NCBI RefSeq assembly: GCF_006345805.1
Contig: NC_043002.1
Location: forward strand, 30,504,001-30,568,000
Origin: Octopus sinensis
Lineage: Eukaryota
Length of the DNA stretch: 64,000 nt
Direction of reading: 5' to 3'
Shown here: in pieces, positions 52,146-64,000 of the stretch
How positions within the stretch are numbered: the stretch's first letter is position 1
How the letters are laid out: each line of letters starts with the position of its first letter
The notes under the pieces: model-generated
Database searches by the model: none
What the model was told of the DNA's origin: nothing
What the model saw: the letters and a program-made list of their open reading frames with translations, nothing else
Position numbers and translations under genes: made by a program

Positions 52146-52351
52146 ACTACTGATACTGTTGTTTCAGTGTCATCCCGGACAGTACTACTGGTATTTACAC
52201 AAGTTTTCTGCGTGTCTATGGCAGAATATGTGTGCGTATGCATGTACATGTTTTCACTCGTGTGTGTATGTGCGTGTGTCTACATGTATGTATGCGTGCA
52301 TGTTTCCCATCGTATGAGTGTAAGCGTTTGTGTGTATAAGATCGTATGCTT

Positions 52352-52742
52352 CTTTTATTCGTTTAGCTGTTTCAGTCATGTGACTGCGGCCATGCTGGAG
52401 CATTGCTGTGAAGGGTTTTAGTCTAAGATATTCTCTGATAAGCCTAGTACTTATTCTATCGGTCTCTTTTGCCGAGCCGTTAAGTTACGGGTACTTAAAC
52501 ATAGCAACATCAATTGTCAGGTGATGGTGGGAAGATATGCACAAACATACATAAATATATACATATTGATTTATATAAAACGACGGGCTTCTTTCGGTTT
52601 CCGCCTACCAAATCCTCTCATAAGGCTTTAGCCTGCTCAAGGCTACAGTAGAAGATACTTGCCCAAGGCAACTCGCAGGGAGACTGAACCCGGAACCATG
52701 TGGTTAGGAAGCAAGCTTGTTACCACACAGCCACGCCCGCGC
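52352..52742 (-). mobile_element. SINE B, full-length
   Basis: gactgcggccatgctggagca ... gactgaacccggaaccatgtggtt...taccacacagccacgcccgcgc. Confidence 0.9.
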
Positions 52743-53393
52743 GTATATAACTATATGTGTGTCTATGTACGTATATATGTATGTATAAGTGTGTGCATAT
52801 ATGTGTTTGTTGTAAGGGTGTAGATACAAACACACACACATATACGTATACATTTGGGTGTATGTAAATGTTTGCATGTGTGTATGCTTCATGTATGTGT
52901 ATGTGTTTCGCTGATTGTATGTACGTTTGCTATCCCCTCCTTACGTCTCTCTGATCCGTTCTGTTATCGCCTGATTAGGTCGACATTGATCTCAAGGAAG
53001 CAGCCACTCTTGCTCCCCTCCCATTGTCTCCTCTTCCTTGTCCTTTACCCCAAGTCATCTTCGCCTCACCTCGTCCTTCCCCTTCTCCTTCCATCATTTT
53101 CTCATCTCCTCCTCCTTCTCTTTCCCTTTCATCATCTCGTCATCTACTTTTCCCGTCTCCTGTCCTCCATCTTACAAACACCCTATAGTGGATCTTCTTA
53201 TAATATCAGCAAATAGCTTAAGCCGAAGGTTTTAGGGTGGTTGGCGGTGGTGTTAGTGGTAGTTCTGTTGCCGTACTATTGGTAGTTCTGTGGTGGCACT
53301 GGTGCCAGTTCCATGGTGATGCCGGTGGTAGTTCTAAATGATCACAGTTTGTCGAACAGTGCTGGAGGTATTTGTAATAGTCTTGTGTTAAGC

Positions 53394-53424
<31 letters not shown>

Positions 53425-53667
53425 TACTGTTGCCGTTGTTGCTGTTGCTGCTGCTGTTGCTTGCTGCTGCTGCTACTGTAGTAGTAGTGGTGGTGGTGGT
53501 GGTGGTGGTGGTGGTGGTGGTGTTACTAATAAATGCATTTATAGCTGAAATTGTCGGTTTAACCCCGGTCAGTTTCCTGACGAAAAACGTTTCAGCTTTA
53601 ACCAATCCAGCCTTGAGTATTTATGACCCAAATTTTCAATATGGCTTCCCCATCAAGATGACATTCT

Positions 53668-53856
53668 TTTATTTTATTTGTTTCAGTCATTTGACTGCGG
53701 CTATGCAGTCTTATTCTTTGTAAGCCTAGTACTTTTCCTATCGGTTCCTTTTGCCGAACCTCTAAGTTTCGGGGACGTAAACACACCAACATCGGTTGGG
53801 AGGGACAAACACAGATACAGACAAAGACACACAGACACAAACACACAAACATATAG

Positions 53857-53887
<31 letters not shown>

Positions 53888-54005
53888 CTATAGGCTTCAT
53901 TCAGTTTCCGTCTACCAGATCCACTCACAAGGCTTTGGTCGGCCCGAGGCTATAGTAGAACACACTTGCTCAAGGTGCCACGCATTGGGACTGAGCACGG
54001 AACCG
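53668..54005 (-). mobile_element. SINE B
   Basis: ttcagtttccgtctaccagatccactcacaaggctttggtcggcccgaggctatagtagaa. Confidence 0.9.
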
Positions 54006-54149
54006 CAATTTAATTAAAATTTTAGTTCCTTTTCCAGTATGTTTTGAACATACAGACAAGCGATTTTCCATATTTTTAACCCATACGGTAAAAGGACTAA
54101 CACTGCACTAGAATAGCGTCGGATCTTTTACATTCCTATCTTTTATCTT

Positions 54150-54337
54150 TTATTTTTTTTCAGTCATTAGACTGCGGCCATGCTGGGGCACCGTCTTGAA
54201 GAATTTTTAGTCGAATATACCAACTTCTGTACTTACATTTTTTTTATGTCTCATTTTCGTAACTGCTAGGTTTCGAGAACGTAAATACACCATTACCGGC
54301 TATCAAGTGGTGGTGGCGGATAAACACAGACACAAAC
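54150..54337 (-). mobile_element. SINE B, 3' half
   Basis: cagtcattagactgcggccatgctggggcaccg. Confidence 0.8.
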
Positions 54338-54339
54338 GT

Positions 54340-54432
<93 letters not shown>

Positions 54433-54564
54433 ACACACATACATACAAGCACGCATATAATATTTCCGATGTTTTACGACCCTAAACTTTTGAGGAAGAA
54501 AATTAACCCATACCATCTCACCAACTTCTGCTCCTCCCCTATACCAAATGAAGAAAAAAACATA

Positions 54565-54727
54565 GGTGCGGGAGTGGCTGTGTGGTAAGTAGCTTGCTTA
54601 TCAACCACATGATCATGGGTTCAGTCCCACTGTGTGGCACCTTGGGCAAGTGTCTTCTACTATAGTCTCGGGCCGACCAAAGGCTTGTGAATGGCTTTTG
54701 GTAGACGGAAACTGGAAGAAGTCCGTC

Positions 54728-54783
<56 letters not shown>

Positions 54784-55002
54784 TTGTGTCTGTATGTTTG
54801 TGTGACTGTGTTTGTCCCCCCAACATAGCTCCACAACCGATGGTGGTGTGTTTATGTGTCCCGTAACTTAGCGGTTCGGCAAAAAAGACCAATAGAACAA
54901 GTTTAGGGCTTACAAAGGTTAAACTCTGGGGTCGATTTGCTCGACTAAAGGCGGTGATCCAGCATGGCCGCAGTCAAATGACTGGAAAAGTAAAAGAAAG
55001 AG
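54565..55002 (+). mobile_element. SINE B, full-length
   Basis: Collinear with 44126-44526. Confidence 0.93.
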
Positions 55003-55308
55003 TCGACATTGGAGCGTTAGGGGAGGTCATTAGTTTGCCTAAAAGGTCGTGAAAAGCAACAAATGAATTTTGACTAACAGACAACCGATTGATTGTTTAA
55101 CTATACATTGAACAAAGGATCGATTAGCTAGTTGATTAGGTACTTAACACATTGACCAACAGTAAAGAAGTGCAAATGAACCTGTGCATGTGTTGGTATT
55201 ATTATTGACTCTCCCAAAACACAACAAAATAATGACATCTCAACTGTGACTGACAATCTTTTTTCTACGTGCAATCAAAAACACGAGCCAACAAGGAACA
55301 CTTTACTT

Positions 55309-55455
55309 CAGTCATGGGCAAATTGCGGCCCGCGAGACATTCTGAATGGCAAGCCTAACGACAGGATTACCTCGAGTATTTTTAGTAGTGCAGCCCGCCA
55401 GATGATAAGTCATCTCCAGTATGGCCTGCTTCTCGAAAGATGTTACCCTTATCTG
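55309..55455. mobile_element. Small decayed hAT-type MITE
   Basis: cagtcatgggcaa..tgcggcccgcg start; tggcctgc..aaagatgttacccttatctg end; TSD not evident. Confidence 0.55.
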
Positions 55456-56234
55456 CTCCAAACAACTTGATCTGCTAGAACTACCAGTCAAATCTCCTTC
55501 AAATCTATTATACCTGTGAGTAGGGAAAAGAGAGACGCTCGCCAGGGTTAAACAAGACAAGAGTGCTAAACACAACACAAACACACACACACACACACAC
55601 TCACCACCATAACCACCACCACCACCACCATATATGATAGCATTACCATCTCCGCTTACACCTCTAATACTAACATCGATGCCCTCGCCATTAACGCCGC
55701 CCCTAACACCATCAAAAATCTTCCACTCCTTATATCTCTCTGCCCTACTTTGCCCTTTTTTTTCTTTATCCATCCCCCCTTCCCCCTTACACAAGCAAAG
55801 AAAAATCTCTCGCACCACATCTCCCCATCACATCCTGAGATATCCCGAGCAAGCCCAGGGCGTCTGCCGTATTTCGTGTATTTTTCATCCCAAGGCCTCG
55901 CTACAAGCACTCACCATCCCTCTACTTCCATCAGCCCCCTAACCCTACACCCTCTGGCCGTTCCTCTTCCCCTCCATTCTACTAACCCTCGATACCTCTC
56001 ACACACCCCAACCCGATCCCTGGCCCTTCGCTCCAACGTGTCACCTTCTCTACTTCCCTCCCTCACTCAACTGAACACGGGAGCATTCCCACTCCCACTT
56101 TTATTTCATCCCTCCCCACCACGCTGCACCTCAATCGTCCCCTCTCGAACATGTCACGTGAGAGTTCTTTCTTTCATCTTTCCTCGGTGGTCAAACAGTT
56201 GACAGAAAAAGGCCTTTTTATACATACACGTGTA

Positions 56235-56276
<42 letters not shown>

Positions 56277-56852
56277 ATACAGACACACAGACTCAAATAC
56301 AAGCGTACACATATAGACAGACATATGCCTGTACACACATAAGCATACACACGAAGACATAAACGCACATACACGGCCGCGTACTCTCGTATAAACAGGA
56401 ATACACATACAGACATTTGCACATACACACGCTCCTTTATGTTCACACACATGAACATAAACACAGACACATACTTAACATAAACACACATTTGCGAACA
56501 CGCAAACTAATCCACAGTCATACAGAAACACACACTTACACAGGCACACATTCTAAAATAAGCACATGCACACACACACATACGTACACAGATGAGCCTG
56601 CAGACAGACACATACACACTCATATACACACACACATAAAGGTGACTGACCGGCGGAGGATTGACAGTCACTTGGGCATCGAACAAAATGCCTTGCGGTA
56701 TTTCTTCCGGCACTTTAGGTTCTGAGTTCGGCTGCGACGAAATGGATAGCAAACAGTAAGATTTGTGCTTATGATTTTCTTCGACAAAATCAGTGACATG
56801 GAATGATGTGTGCAACTCCACATCTTCCAACGAAAGACAAAAATATACAATA

Positions 56853-57020
56853 GGCGCAGGAGTGGCTGTGTGGTGAGAAGATTGCTTACCAACCACATGG
56901 TTCTGGGTTCAGTCCCACTGCGCGGCACGTTTGGCAAGTGTCTTCTACTACATCCCTCGGGCCAACTAAAACCTTGTGAGTGGATTTGGCAGACAGAAAC
57001 TGAAAGAATCCCGTCGTATA
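56853..57020 (+). mobile_element. SINE B, 5' half ending at its internal (TA)n
   Basis: ggcgcaggagtggctgtgtggtgag...gaaactgaaagaatcccgtcgta. Confidence 0.9.
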
Positions 57021-57023
57021 TAT

Positions 57024-57073
<50 letters not shown>

Positions 57074-57082
57074 ATATATATA

Positions 57083-57290
57083 GTTAATCCAAACAAGAAA
57101 ACACAATAAAACACAACAACGCGAGGACGTGGAACAAATATAGTATTATTGGACGCTCAGGAAAGAAGGAAAGAAGGAGGTGTAACGTTTCGAGCGGAGC
57201 TCTTGGTCGGAAACATAGGAGAAGGAAATATCCAGAGAAGGGATGACAGAGGAAAAAAAATCGCCAACGGTACACACGAGGTCACATTTT
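57083..57290 (-). mobile_element. Family P1 element with hammerhead-like motif
   Basis: Homologous to 23779-23960; minus ccgaccaagagctccgctcgaaacgtta. Confidence 0.65.
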
Positions 57291-57559
57291 GAAAACAAAA
57301 AATATATATATGCAATTCTTCTCCCTGTTATTCTTTCATTTTTTCTCTCTTCCTCTATTCTCTCCTTTTACTCTTTTGTTTTCTCCCTTCCTTTCTCTTA
57401 TTCTTTTACCTCATCTACTATTCTATCCTTTCACTCTTTCGTTTTCTCTCTACCTTTCTTTTGTCTCCCCTTTTCTCCTCTCTCTTTATCTCTCTTATCC
57501 TGTCTCCATAGCTTTTCCTCTCCCCTTCACAGTTCTCTATCACTCTCTATCCCTCACTC

Positions 57560-58025
57560 TTCCTCTTTTGCTCACGTGGCACCTCCCCATGACCATCGGC
57601 CATTCTCTTAACTTGTGTTTCTTTCTTTCTTCCTGCTTCAGATGGATAGGGAAGTCGTATTGTTCTCTGTCTCCTGTCCAGACTTGTTTCTTCGCGTTAG
57701 CCGCCACGACCTCGTTTAGGCTTAGCAACCCTTCCAGGTTGTTTTCTCTGTCCTGTTTTTGTCGCTAATCTTGACCCTCCGCAAGATCGCAAATTTTATT
57801 TAATTTGCTTTGCGAGAGCAACTGATATATGGAAGGCGTATCTTGTTATGAATTGCTCCAAATACGGATTAGAAAAGCAGCCAACAACTGATGAAGGGTC
57901 GTTCCTCGTGTTGCTTGTCTTGTTTTCCATTTGTTGCTTTCGTTGCTTGCAAAATAAGTCCTTACTCCATGTCCTCGTACTTCGTATTTTTGTTGCTTAT
58001 GTTTTGTGACGTCCTGTGCCCACAG
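57560..58025 (+). mobile_element. Family P2 element
   Basis: Homologous to 30290-30730 and 22640-22870. Confidence 0.65.
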
Positions 58026-58099
58026 ATGCATATATATATATAAGTATACATGTAAGCATGTACATATACGTATATATGTATATATATATATATATATAA

Positions 58100-58378
58100 G
58101 ATGTCATCGCAGAGTATACTCGCAGCAAGTATAGATGGGCTGGACACGTCGCCCGGCTCACCGATAATCGGTGGACGCACGCAGTTGTCGAGTGGTACCC
58201 GCGTGAGCGGAAAAGACCACCCGGAAGACCTCCACGACGGTGGAGTGACGATTTCAAGAGGACGATTGGGATCACGTGGATGAGAAAGGCGCGATCCAGA
58301 GAGGAGTGGACAGCGTGCTGTGACCAGCGGTGTCAAATGGACGCCTGACGGACTGGTCGGTCAAAGTGATCAAAGTGA
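58100..58378 (+). mobile_element. RTE-clade LINE 3' end, 82 uninterrupted codons plus (TCAAAGTGA)2 tail, inserted in (TA)n
   Basis: DVIAEYTRSKYRWAGHVARLTDNRWTHAVVEWYPRERKRPPGRPPRRWSDDFKRTIGITWMRKARSREEW...*, stop 58346-58348. Confidence 0.92.
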
Positions 58379-58392
58379 TATATATATATATA

Positions 58393-58650
58393 GTTGGAAT
58401 TTACAAAGAAACAAATACCGTAGACAGGTGTATTAGGTTAACGCTCAAGAAGGTGAGAAGGTTTTTTTACGTTTCGAGCCTACGCTCTTTAACAGAAAGG
58501 AACACGAGAAAATTAACAGAGAGAGAATAAAAAAAACTTTAGTGGCTAGTGGTCGATCATGGCAATGGCTGGACGGAGATGGTCAGACAGGAGAGGTAGG
58601 AAGAAGGGGAGATAATAAAGTAGTGGTGATCCCAAAACGAAGGTGCGCGT
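58393..58650 (-). mobile_element. P1-related element with hammerhead-like motif
   Basis: Abuts (TA)n; acgctcaagaag shared with P1; minus ctgttaaagagcgtaggctcgaaacgta. Confidence 0.6.
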
Positions 58651-58887
58651 GTTCAAATTCCACCGAGGTCGACTTTGCCTTTCATCCTTTCGGGGTCGAT
58701 AAATTAAGTACCTGTTGCCTACTGGGGTCGATCTAACCGACTGGGCCCTTCCCCCAAAATTTCTGACCTCGTGCCTAGAGTAGGAAAGAATATTCGAGCT
58801 ACAGAAGGCGGCGAACTGGAAGAAACGTTAGCACGCCGGGCGAAATGATTAGCCGTATTTCGTCTGCCGCTACGTTCCTAGTTCAAA
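58651..58887 (+). mobile_element. SINE A in permuted order: body and tail (58651-58794), then head (58805-58887)
   Basis: Starts and ends with gttcaaa (box B). Confidence 0.88.
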
Positions 58888-59194
58888 CATAAACTTCAAC
58901 AGCAGTGAGTGGACCGGGCGATGGGGCAGAAGCAACTACAAAAGAACAACAAACAAGTCTAGACTTATAACAACGGTAACAATAATTCCTGGAGCAAGAG
59001 CAACGCCATCTATATCATCATCAACAACAAGAACTACAATAAAAACAACAATGTTTACATCAATTACAACAAGATTTAACCGCAAGACAAAAAAACATTG
59101 TCATTTCATTAGTGGATTCAGATGGTTTGAAATAACATAGTGTAGAGGTCTTATTTAAGTGGAAAAGGTGGGGGTGGGCAAGGTTGGCTTACGC

Positions 59195-59477
59195 AGCAGC
59201 AGCTGTAGTAGTAGTAGTAGTAGGAGTAGTAGTAGAGTAGTAGTAGTAGTAGTAGTATTAATGATGGTGGTAGTTGTTGTCGTCGTAAAAGTAATAATAG
59301 TGATGGTGGTGGTGTTGGCGGTTATAGTAGTAGTCGCAGTCGTAGTGGTGATAGCGATGGTGGTGGATGTAGTAAAATTAATAGCAGTTGTGGTGGTGAT
59401 GGTGGTGGTGGTGATAGTAGGAGTAGTAATGGTGGTAGTAGTAGTAGTAGAAATAGCAGTAGTAGTGGTGGTAGTGA

Positions 59478-59509
<32 letters not shown>

Positions 59510-59510
59510 A
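59195..59510. repeat. (TAG/TGG)n degenerate repeat
   Basis: Direct reading. Confidence 0.9.
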
Positions 59511-59669
59511 ATTGTTGTTGCTGTTGCCGTTGTTGTTCTTGTTTTTAATTACAAAGGAACTTCGGTGAAGAGTCATGTGAGAAAACTTATTCCATAAGTG
59601 ACCATCCCGTCTTTTGTTATCAAACGCTGTACACTCAAAAGTTAATAAAATCTTTTATTTTATTTTTTT

Positions 59670-59960
59670 TTCTTGATTCAGTCAGCAGCCATACTGGGGC
59701 ACCACATTGAAGGAACTTTTTAATCGATTGAATCGACTACGGGTCTTAATTTTTTAAACCTAGTCCTTATTAAGTTACGGAAACGTAAACACACCAACAC
59801 CGGTTGTCAAGCGGCAATCGTGGGAACAAGTACAAACAAACGCACACGCATACGATGGGCTTCTTCGTCAAACAGATTTACTCATAAGTATTTGGTCAGC
59901 AGTAGTACTGAACTCGGGACAATGTGGTTGTGAAGCAAACCTCTTACCACGTAACCACGC
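59670..59960 (-). mobile_element. SINE B, diverged with deletions
   Basis: cagccatactggggcacc...acgtaaacacaccaacaccggttgtcaagcgg. Confidence 0.8.
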
Positions 59961-60513
59961 TTATTGCCTATGTTCCCCAAACCCTCACATTTCTTAAGCA
60001 AAAGAAACGGGAAGGTCACCGACCAAGACACTTCATGCCTTTCAGGTCGAAAAACAAGGATATAAATTAGTAAATGTATTCCACAGGAAGCTCTAAGAAG
60101 GAATATGTCGAGGGATATTTAACGTTGTGTGGTCGGGTGGTGAGTGAGATATTATTAAAATGACGAGATAGGAAGTGACTTGCATATCGGGTGGGCCGAA
60201 ACAGGGTGCTATACATAGAATTTTCTATAGAATACAACAAAAAGCAAGAATATACGCACAATTACACTACACACGCGTTCACACATATATACCCATACGC
60301 ATATATACACCAGTGAAAGAAGAAGGCAAAATATGTCCTGACAATAGTCGTAAAGTGTTGTTGGATAAATGTTTGCCATACTACAAAGATCTTAAATGAA
60401 TGGAAATAAAGTGACAGAGAAGAAATTCACTATTTTGCCCCAAGTCTAGGAAAAGAAAGACACAGGGAAAAATACATTTAATATTAAGGGTAATTAAAGT
60501 AATTAAGTAAATA

Positions 60514-60659
60514 GGCGGAAGCATGGCTGTGTGGTTTCGCGTTCAGACCCACTGTGCAGCACTTTGGACAAAAGAGTCTTGTACAGTTTCAGGCTGACCA
60601 AAGATTTGTGAATGCATCTGTTAAACGGAAACCGTGTGGAAGTCTACCATGCATATATG

Positions 60660-60708
<49 letters not shown>

Positions 60709-60890
60709 TGTGTGTGTGTGTGTGCCTATGTTTATTCCCCACCCCGCTCGACAACCGTTGTTTTTTTTAACTTAGCGGTCCTAAAAACGATCCCGATAGA
60801 ATATATGCCAAGCTTAAAAAGTGTATTAGTGTCGAGTGTTTTTTCAAGACAGTGCTCCAGCATGGCCGTTATGCAATAAGTGAAAAAAGA
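60514..60890 (+). mobile_element. SINE B, diverged
   Basis: ggcggaagcatggctgtgtggt...gtgctccagcatggccg. Confidence 0.8.
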
Positions 60891-61109
60891 AAACGGATAT
60901 CTTATATAGATATTAGGCTTGAAATTTCAGAGTCGTTTATATCGATCCAAATAGCATACTATATTTTCCCGACCACAGAAAATTCAATGTTAACTTGAGC
61001 CACGGCAGAATTTGAACCCACAATGGAAAGATCAGCAACAAAAATATCACACGGAATTTTGTCTGACGCTCTAACGATTCTACAGATCATTTATTAAATG
61101 AAAAAGCAT

Positions 61110-61675
61110 CTCGGTCTCTTTTGCCGGCCTGCTGCATTACGGAGACGTAATTGCTCAAGCACCAGTTTTCAGGTGGTTGTGGGGGTGGGGTGGGAAGCAC
61201 AGGCACAAAGACACACGCACGCACACACACACACACAAACTTACACACACACACATATAGAGAGGGAGAGGGAGAGAGACTCAAAGACAGAGGGAGTGAG
61301 AGAGATCTTTTACTTCTTTGAGTCATTTGACCGCGGCCATGCTGGGGCACCGCAGTGAAGAGTTAAATCAAATCGACACGAGGACTTATTTTATTTAAAC
61401 ATAGTACTTATTTTATCGGTATATTTGCCGAACCGTAAAGTTAAGAAAGGACACACAAGTACATATATATGTATTATACACACACACAGATATGTATTAC
61501 ACACATGTATATGTATTATATACACACACGCACATACATACACATATACACGACGGGCTTACGAGGCAATTGCGAAACACACGTGCCCAATGTACCACGC
61601 AATGGGACTGAAACCGTGAAACCGGAACCATGTGGTTGGGAGGCAACCTTCTTACCACATAGTCACGCCTACGCC
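61110..61675 (-). mobile_element. Two diverged SINE B copies (61110-61255, 61305-61675)
   Basis: ggtctcttttgccg; gaccgcggccatgctggggcaccg; ggaaccatgtggttgggaggcaac. Confidence 0.75.
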
Positions 61676-61964
61676 TAAGACTTCCATTATCAACACACAC
61701 ACAACACACGCATGTATGTTATGAAAATGTATGTTATGAACGCATGTTTGTACGTAAGCATGTATGTACGTATGCATGTGTGTATGTGCGTGAGTGCGTG
61801 TGCAATGTACTCGAAAGAAGGCTTCAGTAAAGTACATTAAATATTTATACTTTATGATATGTTCAATACGTTTTTCTCCATTATAAATCGAACTCACACT
61901 AACAGACACATCTACATACACCTAATTAAACTCTCTCTCTTACTCGCTCTCTACCAACCTACCT

Positions 61965-61972
61965 GTCTATCC

Positions 61973-62018
<46 letters not shown>

Positions 62019-62051
62019 ATCTATCTATCTATCTATCTATCTATCTTATCA

Positions 62052-62095
<44 letters not shown>

Positions 62096-62143
62096 ATCTA
62101 TCTATCCATCTATCTATATATCTATCTATCTATTTATCTATCT

Positions 62144-62219
<76 letters not shown>

Positions 62220-62268
62220 ATCAATCAATCTATCTATCTATCTATTCCCTGTGTGTCTATCTATCTAT
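61965..62268. repeat. (TATC)n microsatellite
   Basis: Direct reading. Confidence 0.95.
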
Positions 62269-62714
62269 TTAGTAAACATCCCTCTCCAGCCATACCACAC
62301 CCTTATCTCCTTCCCCCTATCCCCACGCCGTTGTTCTTCGCTTTGTCCTCTCATTTAAAGCCACTCAGCATGGAACGCTTCACTTCAACAGCAGAAAATG
62401 AAATTAAGAGAATTTTTAATGACATCCTTGTTTCCTTTGAAGTGTTCTCTCAGTAAATCTCTGTTGATGTTGACTGTCGGACATAAACCAGCTCGTTCTA
62501 ATATACACACTTAGGACACAACATAATTGTAGGCCTCACACATCTACACTTGCACGCATACACACGCAGTCTTTTTCTTTTCTTTTGAACACTTAAACGC
62601 ATGCATCTATGTGTATACATACATACATACACACTCACACACACACACACATTCGATATATATATATATATATACAAACACACATATATACATACATTCA
62701 TACATACAATACAT

Positions 62715-62764
<50 letters not shown>

Positions 62765-62846
62765 GTATGTATATATGTTTGCATATATATATATAGAGAG
62801 AGGGAGAGACAGAGAGGAAGGGACAAAGAGATAATGTGTATATATT

Positions 62847-62903
<57 letters not shown>

Positions 62904-63344
62904 ATACATCCATACAGGCAAGCAAACAAATATGCGTGTCTATGTATGTATACATGCAGACACGCACGAAGTTAAATAGAATTAGATAGAAAATAGAAAA
63001 CACATACACACAAACAGACACACACACACACCACATACACACAAACAAAAAAAAAACACTCACACATGCACCCACATAACACCTACGCATAAGTATCGAG
63101 CTCTTAAATGTCCTAGTTAGAAGTAAATGTGTATAAGCAGTTTGATGTATGTAATTGCGCATTTGAAAGAGATCAACGACCTGAACCAAGTGGTAAGTCC
63201 TAATCTGTGATTGCGATGAATGGCATCGATATAACGTGTCGCCTAGCATGTAATAGGCTCGTTGTTCGCTCCACGGAATCAGTTTGTAATGATGTGTTTT
63301 TCTGTCTCCTGATCTATTTAGATCCATTCTAATTCAAGTAAAGA

Positions 63345-63444
63345 TCTCCATCGGTCACCAATGACCATTGTATTACACCAAGAAAGTTCCTCTCTGAGGA
63401 AAAAGTCCAGGCAAGGTTATTTGCGGGAGACCAGTAGTTGCCCA
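63345..63444 (-). mobile_element. SINE D tail fragment
   Basis: Aligns to 37251-37350 (caccaagaaagttcctctc..aagtccaggcaagg..gaccagtagttgccca). Confidence 0.65.
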
Positions 63445-63445
63445 T

Positions 63446-63805
63446 TTACACCATGTTGTGGAGGTTGTCGTGCGTGGATCTAGTCGGCATTGCGCTGGTT
63501 TGCGCTTCCCCAACCAAATCCTCGGCGACAAGCGTCTACCTCTTTACTAACATCTTGGCCAAAATCTTAAACACTGTGTTAGGCAGAGTTATGGGCCTGA
63601 AGTTATCTAATGTGTCCCTTTTGTTTACGTCTTTCCTTATCAGCATCACTACGCTCCTGCTCACAGAATTGGGAATAATCTCGTTCTGATGGCATTTGCA
63701 GTAGAGCGCTTCGAGGAGATCGGAGAATAAGTCTGGCATACTCACGTAAACCTCGTAGGGCAACCGGACAACTTGCGCCTCATGCAGCTGACAAGGACAT
63801 CCTGA
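63446..63805 (-). mobile_element. Tx1/L1-clade LINE reverse transcriptase N-terminal fragment
   Basis: PYEVY...IPNSVSRSVVMLIRKD...LDNFRPITLPNTVFKILAKMLVKR*TLVAEDLVGEAQTSAMPTRSTHDNLH. Confidence 0.85.
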
Positions 63806-63834
63806 TTTTTTCTACTGAAGTTATCTACCTTTCG

Positions 63835-64000
63835 CAAAGATCGACTTTGCCTTTTATTCTTTCGAGATCGATGAAATGAGTAGCAGTCGCGTACTGAGAG
63901 ATATAATCGATTAGACCCGCCAAATTTAAGGCCTTGTACCTACTGTAGGAATCTGAATTAACTCATATGAAGCCAGTGAGTTGACAGAAGCGTTGGCACG
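63835..64000 (+). mobile_element. SINE A body and tail followed by the head of another copy running off the window
   Basis: tcgactttgccttttattctttcgagatcgat...aggccttgtacct; gaagccagtgagttgacagaagcgttggcacg. Confidence 0.7.

Noticed and set aside
63141-63192. Plus-strand micro-exon ending G|gtaagt
   Set aside because: No polypyrimidine tract and an unrecognised peptide.

Overview
AT-rich, microsatellite-saturated eukaryotic DNA with no recognisable intact host gene. The SINE families match those I recall from Octopus (cephalopod) genomes; the species assignment is an inference. Nearly all ORFs in the supplied track are translations of simple repeats. The window contains at least four tRNA-headed SINE families (about 30 copies) and 5'-truncated LINE fragments from several clades (CR1, RTE x3, R4/Dong, Tx1/L1). 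It also holds decayed DNA transposons (three mariners, one Tc1-like, one Chapaev3-like, two hAT MITEs), a Helitron, a Helentron-type fragment, and several (TA)n-embedded elements resembling Penelope-like pseudo-LTRs. The most unusual signals are: (i) recurrent non-canonical minimal hammerhead-ribozyme-like motifs tied to fold-back palindromes, one folding exactly on the ribozyme stem-III palindrome; (ii) a circularly permuted SINE bounded by a GTTCAAA duplication; (iii) a head-to-head RTE/CR1 chimera inside a SINE; (iv) a dimeric SINE whose monomers also occur separately; (v) two young GC-rich LINE fragments that are horizontal-transfer candidates. Coordinates were read by eye and degenerate element ends are approximate.
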